Below, piece by piece: positions 15,001 through 26,400 of a stretch of 64,000 bases of DNA. Below the pieces are notes generated by a model. The model made no database searches, had not been told where the DNA came from, and saw only the letters and a list, made by a program, of their open reading frames with translations. Position numbers and translations under genes: made by a program. Location of the stretch: NCBI RefSeq assembly GCF_036365525.1, contig NC_090399.1, positions 67,016,862 to 67,080,861 of the forward strand. The letters run 5' to 3'. Source of the DNA: Heterodontus francisci (taxonomy: Eukaryota). Positions within the stretch are counted from its first letter, which is position 1, and each line of letters opens with the position of its first letter.

Positions 15001-17147
15001 GTTTATTTACAGGGACTCTGTGTTGTGTTGTGTTTATTTACAGGGACTCTGTTGTGTTTATTTACAGGGACTCTGTGTTATGTTTATTTACAGGGACTCT
15101 GTGTTGTGTTGTGTTTATTTACAGGGACTCTGTTGTGTTTATTTACAGGGACTCTGTGTTATGTTTATTTACAGGGACTCTGTGTTGTGTTGTGTTTATT
15201 TACAGGGACTCTGTTGTGTTTATTTACAGGGACTCTGTGTTGTGTTTATTTACAGGGGCTCTGTGTTGTGTTTATTTACAGGGACTCTGTGTTGTGTTTA
15301 TTTACAGGGACTCTGTTGTGTTTATTTACAGGGACTCTGTGTTATGTTTATTTACAGGGACTCTGTGTTGTGTTGTGTTTATTTACAGGGACTCTGTTGT
15401 GTTTATTTACAGGGACTCTGTGTTGTGTTTATTTACAGGGGCTCTGTGTTGTGTTTATTTACAGAGACTCTGTGTTGTGTTTATTTACAGGGACTCTGTG
15501 TTGTGTTTATTTACAGGGGCTCTGTGTTGTGTTGTGTTTATTTACAGGGGCTCTGTGTTGTGTTTCTTTACAGGGACTCTGTGTTGTGTTGTGTTTATTT
15601 ACAGGGGCTCTGTGTTGTGTTGTGTTTATTTACAGGGGCTCTGTGTTGTGTTGTGTTTATTTACAGGGACTCTGTGTTGTGTTTATTTACAGGGGCTCTG
15701 TGTTGTGTTGTGTTTATTTACAGGGACTCTGTGTTGTGTTTATTTACAGGGGCTCTGTGTTGTGTTGTGTTTATTTACAGGGGCTCTGTGTTGTGTTTCT
15801 TTACAGGGACTCTGTGTTGTGTTGTGTTTATTTACAGGAGCTCTGTGTTGTGTTGTGTTTATTTACAGGGTCTCTGTGTTGTGTTGTGTTTATTTACAGG
15901 GACTCTGTGTTGTGTTTATTTACAGGGACTCTGTGTTGTGTTTATTTACAGGGACTCTGTGTTGTGTTGTGTTTATTTACAGGGGCTCTGTGTTGTGTTG
16001 TGTTTATTTACAGGGACTCTGTGTTGTGTTGTGTTTATTTACAGGGGCTCTGTGTTGTGTTGTGTTTATTTACAGGGGCTCTGTGTTGTGTTGTGTTTAT
16101 TTACAGGGACTCTGTGTTGTGTTGTGTTTATTTACAGGGGCTCTGTGTTGTGTTGTGTTTATTTACAGGGACTCTGTGTTGTGTTTATTTACAGGGGCTC
16201 TGTGTTGTGTTGTGTTTATTTACAGGGGCTCTGTGTTGTGTTGTGTTTATTTACAGGGACTCTGTGTTGTGTTTATTTACAGGGACTCTGTGTTGTGTTG
16301 TGTTTATTTACAGGGACTCTGTGTTGTGTTTATTTACAGGGACTCTGTGTTGTGTTGTGTTTATTTACAGGGACTCTGTGTTGTGTTGTGTTTATTTACA
16401 GGGGCTCTGTGTTGTGTTGTGTTTATTTACAGGGACTCTGTGTTGTGTTGTGTTTATTTACAGGGGCTCTGTGTTGTGTTGTGTTTATTTACAGGGGCTC
16501 TGTGTTGTGTTGTGTTTATTTACAGGGACTCTGTGTTGTGTTTATTTACAGGGACTCTGTGTTGTGTTGTGTTTATTTACAGGGACTCTGTGTTGTGTTT
16601 ATTTACAGGGACTCTGTGTTGTGTTGTGTTTATTTACAGGGACTCTGTGTTGTGTTTATTTACAGGGGCTCTGTGTTGTGTTGTGTTTATTTACAGGGGC
16701 TCTGTGTTGTGTTGTGTTTATTTACAGGGACTCTGTGTTGTGTTTATTTACAGGGACTCTGTGTTGTGTTGTGTTTCTTTACAGGGACTTTGTGTTGTGT
16801 TGTGTTTATTTACAGGGACTCTGTGTTGTGTTTATTTACAGGGGCTCTGTGTTGTGTTTCTTTACAGGGACTCTGTGTTGTGTTATGTTTATTTACAGGG
16901 ACTCTGTGTTGTGTTTATTTACAGGGGCTCTGTGTTGTGTTTATTTACAGGGGCTCTGTGTTGTGTTATGTTTATTTACAGGGACTCTGTGTTGTGTTTA
17001 TTTACAGGGGCTCTGTGTTGTGTTTATTTACAGGGGCTCTGTGTTGTGTTATGTTTATTTACAGGGACTCTGTGTTGTGTTTATTTACAGGGGCTCTGTG
17101 TTGTGTTTATTTACAGGGGCTCTGTGTTGTGTTGTGTTTATTTACAG
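1..17147. repeat. Large tandem satellite/minisatellite, consensus TTTATTTACAGGGACTCTGTGTTGTG (26 bp; 24-bp and 31-bp variants), roughly 600 units by length/unit estimate, open at the left window edge; presumed intron 1 of the MHC class I gene
   Basis: Repeat visible continuously from position 1 to the last TTTACAG ending at 17147. Recurrent variant units (GGGGCTC, GGGCCTC, AGCGACTC, AGAGACTC, TTAGGGTTT, TTTCTTTAC, TTGATTTAC). Confidence 0.98.
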
Positions 17148-17172
17148 AGTTTGATCCTTTTCCCTCTTTCAG

Positions 17173-17433
17173 CCTCCCACTGGTACCGGTATTTTTATAC
17201 CTCAGTATCTGGTGTGTCGGATTTCCCTCAGTTTGTTGCTGTCGGTTACCTGGATGATAAGGAGCTGAATTATTATGACAGTTGGATGAAGACCATTGAA
17301 CCTCGACACCGGGTGATGGAGCTGGCGGCCGATGCTGAATTTTACCGGAGGAACACGGAAGTCGCGCGGGGAGCGGAGAAGATCGACAAGGTTAATATTG
17401 ACAACAACAGGAAGCGGAGCAACCAGTCGGGCG
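17173..17433 (+). CDS. MHC class I exon 2 (alpha1 domain), 261 nt: (A)SHWYRYFYTSVSGVSDFPQFVAVGYLDDKELNYYDSWMKTIEPRHRVMELAADAEFYRRNTEVARGAEKIDKVNIDNNRKRSNQSG(G)
   Basis: Acceptor cttttccctctttcAG (17171-17172), donor G|GTGAGT (17434). SHxxRYFYT, PxFVAVGYxDD, YDS and NQS motifs. Confidence 0.96.
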
Positions 17434-20400
17434 GTGAGTCCTCAGCATCTTCACCTGGGGATCCGAGCCGGGAATGGGGGCAGGAAGGGCGGCACAGAGC
17501 GGGATCGGGAAAAGAGCCAGGAATGGGGGAGGGGTGGATCGGGATTGAGGGGGGGATCCAGTGATTCGGGCTGTGATTGGCTGTGGCTGTGTGATTGACA
17601 TATCAGAGGGCGGGTTCTCAATGAGCCGTGTTCTGATTGGGTGTTGTGTGTTTGATTGACAGTCTATGAGGGCTAAGTCTCTGGGAGCCGTGTTCTGAGT
17701 GGCTATATTTGTTTGATTGACAGTCTGTGAGGGCGGAGTCTCTGGTAGCTGGATTGTGATTGGCTGTGTATGTTGGACAGACTGTGAGGGCGTTGTCGCC
17801 TGGAACCGGGTTCTGATTGGCTGGGTATTTTTGATTGACAGTCTGTGGGCGGAGTCTCAGGGAGCCAGGGTCTGATTGGCTCTGTGATTGATTGACAGTG
17901 TGAGGGCGGGGTCTCTGTGATTGGCTGTTTATTTGATTTCAGTTTGTTTGTACTTTGCCAACCCAATGTTTTTTTCATGTTTGTGCTTGGGGCCAGGCTA
18001 TTCAGTTTCTGTCCATTAAAACCCTCTCTGCACGAACGCATTGTCTTTCTCCACTCCATTAACATACCGTTTGCCTTTGCTCCTTGACCACTTGGTCAGT
18101 TAGTCTCTGTGACTTTGTCCGATCTACACCTTCTCGTTTGTTATATCTTCTCCTACCCCCACTTTACTGGTTTAAAACCTTTTGTATTTCTAATATTTGC
18201 CAGGTCGGATGACGGGTTACTGACCTGAAACGTTAACTCTGCTTTCTCTCCACAGATACTGCCACAGTCATAGAGAGATACAGCACCGAAACAGGTCCCT
18301 TTGCCCACCGGGGCTGTGCCAACCAACAACCACCCATTTATACTAATACTACATTAATCCCATATTCCTACCATATCCCCACAATTCATGTACCACCTAC
18401 CTACACTAGGGGCAATTTACAACGGTCAATTTTCCTATCAACCTGCAAGTCTTTGGCTGTGGGAGGATACCTGAGCACCTGGCAGAAACCCAAGCGGTCA
18501 CAGGGAGAACTTGCAAACTTCGCAGAGATAGTACCCAGAACTGAACCCAGGTCACTGGAGCTGTGAGGCTGCAGTGCTAGCCACTGCGCCACCCCGGGTG
18601 CAAGATTGTGGGGATGTGGTAGGGAATAATGTAGGATTAGGATAAATGGGGGGTTGTTGGTCAGCACAGACTCAGTGGGCTGAACGGCCTGATTCAGTGC
18701 TGTATCTCTCTCATCAGAGCTGCTGATTATTTCCAGCATTTCTTGTTTTGATTTCCAGCATCTGCAGTATTTTGCTTTTATTTTAGTGTTTAATTCACTG
18801 CCACGTCTCTTCCAAGAATGCCTACCTTGAAGAAGTTCTGCTCTTCTCTCCGACGGGGTTTTCGTTTCTCTCTTTTACCTTGTTCACCTTCATTGCTTTC
18901 TATTTCCCTCCTGGTGTTTGATAAGGTATCTACCAAAACTCGTTTTCACAGCCACATCTCCTTCCTCAGTGACTGTCTCCAGCTCAGACTTATTCCACGT
19001 GGATCCCAACTGCAGTTTCACCCATCATGTTTTGAATCCACCCAGGATCACAGGTATCTCCGAGAAATACAACGTTCCTCGGACTGCTACTCTTGCCGCA
19101 TCCTGAGATCCACACTCAGTGCTATGCGCCGCCATATGCACACACTGGACCTCTCTCTCCAGCAGCACCGCCTCACTTTATCTCAAAGCTGTTCTACTCC
19201 GCAGTTTCATTTCATCTTTCATCTTATCCGACGCATTAACAAAAAACTTTTTTTCTTCCTTTCAGGTGTTAAGGAACGCAAGCTCCAGCAGCTGATGGGG
19301 ACTAATGCCCCTCCAGATCCTCCTTCCGCTTCACTTCCCTCTGACCCCACCCTTTCTGATCTGAACCCTTGCCGTGTATTCACTATACCCTCTGATCTCC
19401 CCCTCTCTGACGCTGTATGATCTCTACTTAGCAGATGACTCAGTTTTATCCCCTAACACCACCACCTTGATTAATTTCTCGCTGGGCATGACTTTGAGCT
19501 CTTCTTCCATCGCCTTCGCCTCCGTTCTCACTTCTTTGACCAGGAGTTCTCCTCCCATCCAGCAGACCCATTCACCTGCCTCCATCATTCCCCCTCTACC
19601 TGGACCCCTCCCCCTGGCCTCTTACCCACTCTTGATATTTTCATTGAGAATTGTTGGTGAGACATCGGCCGTCTTAATTTCTCTGCCCCCCTCACTCACT
19701 CACTGTTCCCTTCTGAATTTGCTGCACTCCGTTCTCTCAGGTCTAACCCCAACATTGCGATCAAACCTGCAGACAAGGGTGGTGCTGAAGTTGTCTGACG
19801 TACCGACCTCTACCTTGCAGAGGCTCAGCACCAACTCTCAGACACTTCTTCCTACCTTCCCCTGGACCAGGACCCCACCACCCAACATCAAGCTACAGTC
19901 CACAGGACTGTCACTGACCTCATTTCCTCTGAAGATCTTCCCTCTACAGCTTCAAACCTCATAGTCCCACAACCCCGGACAGCCCGCTTCTACCTCCTTC
20001 CCAAAATCCACAAACGGGACTGACCCGGCAGACCCATTGTGTCAGCCTGCTCCTGCATCACTGAACTAATTTCTTCCTATCTTGACTCTATCTTTTCTCC
20101 GCTAGTCCAGTCTCTTCCCACCTACATCCGTGACTCTTCTGATGCCCCACGTCATTTTGACAATTTCCAGTTTCCTGGCCCCAACCGCCTCCTCTTCACC
20201 CTGAACGTCCAATCTCTCTACACCTCCATCCCCCACCAGGATGGTTTGAGGGCTCTCCGCTTCTTCCTTGAACAGAGGCCCGACCAGTCCCCATCCACCA
20301 CTACCTTCCTCCACCTGGCTGAACTGGTTCTCACATTGAACAACTTCTCCTTCAACTCCACTCACTTCCTTCAAGTAAAAGATGTTGCGATGGGTACCCA

Positions 20401-23400
20401 CATGGGTCCTAGTTATGCCTGTCTTTTTGTATCGAACATTCCTTTTATTTATTTTTTTATTTATTTAGAGATACAGCACCGAAATAGACCCTTCAGCCCA
20501 CCGAGTCTGTGCTGACCAAGAACCACCCACTTATACTGACCCTACAGTAATCCCATATTCCCTACCACCTACCTACACTAGGGGCAATTTACAATGGCCA
20601 ATTTACCTATCCACCTGTAAGTCTTTGGCGGTGGGAGGAAACCGGAGCACCCGGCGAAAACCCACGCAGACACAGGGAGAACTCGCAAACTCCACACAGG
20701 CAGTAACCAGAATTGAACACGGGTCCCTGGAGCTGTGAGGCTGCGGTGCTAACCACTGCGCCACTGTGCCGCCCATTCCTTGTTCCAGTCCTACTCAGGC
20801 CCCCTCCCCCAACTCTTTTTCCAGTACATTGATGACTGTATCGGTGCCGTTTCCTGCTCTCGCCCCGAACTGGAAAACTTTATCAACCTTGCTTCTAATT
20901 TTCACCCTTCTCCCACCTTCACATGATCCATCTCTGACACTTCCATTCCCTTCCTTGGCTTCTCTGTCTCCATCTCTGGTGATAGGCTCTCTACTAATGT
21001 TCATCATAAGCCCACCAACTCCCACAGCTACCTCAACTACACGTCTTCACACCCTGTCTCCTGTAAGGACTCCATTCCATTCTCCCAGTTTCTTCGTCTC
21101 TGACACATCTGCTCTGATGATGCAATTGTCTGCAATAGTGCTTCTGATATGTCTTCCTTTTTCCTCAACCGAGGATTTCCCCCCACTGTGGTTGACAGGG
21201 CCTTCAACCGTGTCCGGCCCATTTCCCGCGCCTCTACCCTCACCCCTTCCCCTCCCTCCCAGAACCGTGACAGGGTTCCCCGTGTCCTCACTTTTCACCC
21301 CATCAGCCTTCATATCCAAAGGATCATCCTCCGCCATTTCCGCCACCTCCAGCGTGATGCCACTACCAGTCGCATCTTCCCCTCCCTTCCCCTGTCAGCA
21401 TTCCGAAGGGATTGTTCCCTCCGCGACACCCTGGTCCACTCCTCCATTACCCCCACCACCTTGTCCCCTTCCCACGGCACCTTCCCCTGCAATCACAGGA
21501 GGTGTAATACCTGCCCATTTACCTCCTCTCTCCTCACTATCCCCGGCCCCAAACACTGCTTTCAGGTGATGCAGTGATTTACTTGTACTTCTTTCAATGT
21601 AGTATACTGTATTCGCTGCTCACAGTGTGGTCTCCTCTACACTGGGGAGACCAAACGCAGACTGGGTGACCGCTTTGCGGAACATCTCTGCTCAGTCCAA
21701 AAGCATGATCCCCAAGCTTCCGTTGCTGGGCATTTCAACACTCCCCCTCCCCCGCGCTCATGCTCACATCTCTGTCCTGGGAATTCTGCAGTGTTCCAGT
21801 GAACATCAATGAAAGCTCGAGGAACAGCATCTCATTTACCGATTAGGCACACTATAGACTGCCGGACTGAACATTGAGTTCAATAATTTCAGAGCATGAT
21901 GGGCCCCCTTTTTATTTTTAGTTATTTTTTCTTTTTTTTTTCTTTGTTCATTTTATTTTAGTTTGTTTAGTTTGTTTCTACTTTGCCTACCCACTGTTTT
22001 TTTCATGTTTGTGCTTTGGGCCAGGCTGTTCAGTTTTCTGTCAATTTACACCCTCTCTGCACTTTGTCTTTTACCACACCATGAACATATTGTTTGCCTT
22101 TGCTCCATGACCTTCTGGTCAGTTATTCTCTGTGACCTTGTCCTATCAGCACCATCTCTTTGGTTATCTCTTGCCCCACCCCTGCTTTATTTGCTTAAAA
22201 CCTTTCACAATCCGAATATTTGTCAGTTCTGAAGAAGGGTCACTGACCTGAAACGTTAACTCTGCTTCTCTCTCCACAGATGCTGCCAGACCTGCTGAGT
22301 ATTTCCAGCCTTTCTTGTTTTTACTTCAGATTTCCAGCATCTGCAGTATTTTGTTTTTATTTATCTGATTGGCTGCGTGTGTTTGGTTGGTAGGGTGTGA
22401 GGGGGTGGCATGGGGAGGAACTCTGTGATCCAGGCTGTAATTGGCTGTATTTGTTTGATTGACAGGGTGTGAGGGTGGGGTCGCTGTGTGCCTGGCTCTG
22501 ATTGGCTGTATGTGTTTGATTTGACAGGGATCCACACATGGCAGACCATGTACGGCTGTGAGCTGCGGGAGGACGGCAACAGCAGTGGGTTCGCACAGTA
22601 TGGCTGGAACGGGAAGGATTTCATCAACTTCGACAAGAAGAACATGGTCTGGGTCACCCCGGTCACCTGGGGAGAGATCACCAAGAGCAAGTGGGATCAG
22701 AACAAGGAGGGGAACAAGAAGCTGAAGAATTACCTGGAGGAACGGTGCATCGCGTGGCTGAAAAGATATCTGCAGATAGGAGAAAAAGAACTGAGGCCCG
22801 GTGAGGGAGTTTTTTTTATTCATTCATGGGATGTGGGTGTCGCTGGCCAGGCCAGCATTTAGTGCCCATCCCTAATTGCCCTTGAGAAGGTGGTGGTGAG
22901 CTGCCTTCTTGAACCGCTGCAGTCTGTCTGGTGCAGGTTCAACCACAGTGCTGTTCGGAAGGGAGTTCCAGGATTTTGACCCAGCGACAGTGAAGGTACG
23001 GCGATATAGTTCCAAGTCAGGATGGTGGGTGACTTGAACGGGAAGTTGCAGGTGGTGGTGTTCCCATGCATCTGCTGCCCTTGACCTTTTGGTGGTAGAG
23101 GTCACGGGTTTGGAAGGTACTGTCGACGGAGTCTCGGTGCATTGCTGCAGTGCATCTTGTAGATGGTACACCCTGCTGCCACTGTGCGTCGGTGGTGGAG
23201 GGAGTGAATGTTTGTAGATGGGGTGACAATCAAGCGGGCTGTTTTGTCCTGGATGGTGTCGAGCTTCTTGAGTGTTGTTGGAGCTCCACCCATCCAGGAA
23301 AGTGGAGAGTATTCCATCACACTCCTGACTTGTGCCTTGTAGATGGTGGACAGTCTTTGGGGAGTCAGGAGGTGAGTTACTCGCCGCAGGATTCCTAGCC

Positions 23401-26400
23401 TCTGACCTGCTCTTGTAGCCACGGTATTTATATGGTTACTCCAGTTCAGTTTCTGGTCAATGGTGACCCCCAGGAGGTTGATAGTGGGAGATTCAGTGAT
23501 GGTAATGCCATTGAATGTCAAGGGGAGATGGTTAGATTCTCTCTTGTTGGAGATGGTCACTGCCTGGCACTTTTTTGGCGCGAATGTTACTTGCCACTTA
23601 TCAGCCCAAGCCTGGATATTGTCCAGGTCTTGCTGCATTTCTACATGGACTGCTTCAGTATCTGAGGAGTCACGAATGGTGCTGAACATTGTTCAATCCT
23701 CAGTGAACATCCCCACTTCTGACTTTATGGTTGAAGGAAGGTCATTGATGAAGCAGCTGAAGATGGTTGGGCCGAGGACACTACCCTGAGGAACTCCTGC
23801 AGTGATGTCCTGGAGCTCAGATGATTGACCTCCAACAACCACAAACATCTTTCTTTGCGCTAGGTATGACTCCAACCAGCGGAGAATTTTTGCCCGATTC
23901 CCATTGACCTCAGTTTTGCTGGGGCTCCTTGATCCCGTACCCGGTCAAATGCTGCCTTGATGTCAAGGAACAGTAACTCTCACCTCACCTCTTGAGTTCA
24001 GCTCTTTTGTCCATGTTGGAGCCAAGGCTGTAATGAGGTCGGGAGGTGAGTGGCCCTGGCGGAATCCAAACTGAGCGTCACTGAGCAGGTTATTGCTAAG
24101 CAAGTGCTGCTTGATGGCACTGTCGACGACATCTTCCATCACTTTACTGATGATTGAGAGTAGGCTGATGGGGCGGTAATTAGCTGGGCTGCATTTGTCC
24201 TGCTTTTTGTGTACAGGACATACCTGGGCAATTTTCCACCTTGCTGAATAGATGTCAGTGTTGTAGCTGTACTGGAACAGCTTGGCTAGGGGCACGGCAA
24301 GTTCTGGAGCACAGGTCTTCAGTACTATTGCTGGAATATTGTCAGGACCCACAGCTTTTGCAGAATCCAATGCCTTCAGTTGTTTTTTGATATCATGCGG
24401 AGTGAATCGAATTGGCTGAAGTTTGGCATCTGTGATGCAGAGGACTTCAGGAGGAGGCCGAGAATGATCATCATCTCCGCACTTCTGGCTGAAGATTGTT
24501 GCAAATGATTCAGCCTTACCTTTTGCATTGATGTGCTGGGCTCCTCCCTCATTGAGGATGAGGATATTTGTGGAGTCACCTCCTCCTGGTAGTTGTTTAA
24601 TTGTCCACCACCGTTCTCGGCTGGATGTGGCAGGACTGCAGAGCTTAGATCTGATCCGTTGGTTCTGGGATCGCTTAGCTCTGTCTATCGCATGCTGCTT
24701 ATGCAGTTTGACACGCAAGTAGTCCCGGGTTGTAGCTTCACCAGGTTGACACCTCATTTTGAAGTATGCCTGGTGCTACTCCTGGCATGCCCTCCTGCAC
24801 TCTTCATTGAACCAGGGTTGGTTTCCTGGCTTGATGGTAATGGTAGAGTGGGGGATATGCCGGGCCATGAGGTTACAGATTTTGGTTGAGTACAATTCTG
24901 CTGCTGCTGATGGCCCACAGCGCCTCATGGATGCCCAGTTTTGCATTGCTAGATCTGTTCAAAATCTAACCCATTTAGTACAATGGTAGTCAGAGAGCCA
25001 TAGAGTTATACAACAGAGAAACAGGCCCTTCGGCCCATCGTGTCTGTGCTGGCCATCATCGCCTATCTATTCTAATTCTATTTTCCAGCACTTGGCCTGT
25101 AGCTTTGTATGCTATGGTGTTTCAAGTGCTCATCTAAATGCTTCTTAAATGTTGTGAGGGTTCCTGCCTCTACCACCCCTTCAGGCAGTGCATTCCAGAT
25201 TCCAACCACCCTCTGGGTGAAAAATGTTTTCCTCAAATCCCCTCTAAACCTCCTGCCCATTACCTTAAATCTGTGCCCCTTGGTTATTGACATCTCTGCT
25301 AAGGGAAAAGGTTTCTTCTGATCTATGCCCCTCATAATTTTGTGTACCTCAATCAGGTCCCCCCTCAACCTTCTCTGCTCTAAGAATATCTCCCAACTTT
25401 GGCACAAGCCTCCAGATCTTAGTAAGGACTTTGCAGGGTCGGCAGGGCTGGGTTTGCCGTTGTCATTTCCGGTGTCTAGGTCGATGCCGGGTGGTCCGTC
25501 CGGTTTCATTTTTTATCGACTTTGTAGCGGTTAGATACAACTGAATGGCTTGCGAGACCATTTCAGAGGGAGTGGAAGGGTCAACCGCAATGCTGTGGGT
25601 CTGGATTCACATATAGAAACATAGAAAATAGGAGCAGGAGTAGGCCATTCGGCCCTTTGAGCCATTCATTATGATCATGGCTGATCATCCAACTCAGTAA
25701 CCTGTTCCTGCTTTCGCCCCATACCCTTTGATCCCTTTAAACTCAAGAGCTATATCTAACTCCTTCTTGAAAACATACAATATTTTGGCCTCAACTGCTT
25801 TCTGTGGTAGTGAATTCCACAGGCTCGCTACTCTCTGGGTGAAGAAATTTCTCCTCATCTCAGTCCTGAAAGGTTTACCCCATATTCTTAGACCATGAAC
25901 CCTGGTTCTGGACTCCCCCACCATCGGGAACATCCTTCCTACATCTACCCTGTCAAGTCCTGTCAGAATTTTGTAGGTTTCTATGAGATCCCCCCTCACT
26001 CTTCTGAACTCCAGCAAATATAATCCTAACCAACAAAATCTCTCCTCATACGTCAGTCCCGCCATCCCAGGAATCAGTCTGGTAAACCTTCGCTGCACTC
26101 CCTCTATGGCAAGAACATCCTTCCTCAAATAAGGAGACCAAAACTGCACACAATATTACAGGTGTGGCCTCACCAAGGCCCTGTATAATTGCAGCAAGAC
26201 ATCCCTGCTCCTGTACTCGAATCCTCTCACTATGAAGGCCAACATACCATTTGCCCTTTTTATCACCTGTTGCACCTGCATGCTTACCTTCAGTGACTGG
26301 TGTACGAGAACACCCAGGTCTCGCTGCGTATTCCCATCTCTCAGTTTATAGCCATTCAGATAATAATCTGCCTTCCTGTTTTTTCTGCCAAAGTGGATAA

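Larger units (their letters stand above)
17928..22365 (+). mobile_element. Penelope-like retroelement (RT + GIY-YIG), near full length, degenerate, with direct pseudo-LTR repeats (about 17928-18785 and about 21950-22365)
   Basis: ORF start at 18818. RT motifs NVQSLYTSIPH, AMGTHMGPSYACLF and YIDD; GIY-YIG-type VVYCIRCSQCGLLYTGETKR near 21600-21660. The terminal repeats share sequence. TGATTGGCTG flanks both ends (17918-17927, 22366-22375). Confidence 0.9.

Noticed and set aside
1-17147. CRISPR-like array of a conserved ~26-bp repeat
   Set aside because: No unique spacers, no cas genes, eukaryotic context.
1-17147. GGGACTCTGT as an NF-kB/enhancer A site
   Set aside because: Only the 5' half-site matches; the required 3' YYCC is absent.
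71-17154. Very long Cys/Val/Leu-rich ORFs (up to 2623 aa)
   Set aside because: Translations of a stop-poor satellite that is open in all three + frames; only the final alpha1 segment is real coding sequence.
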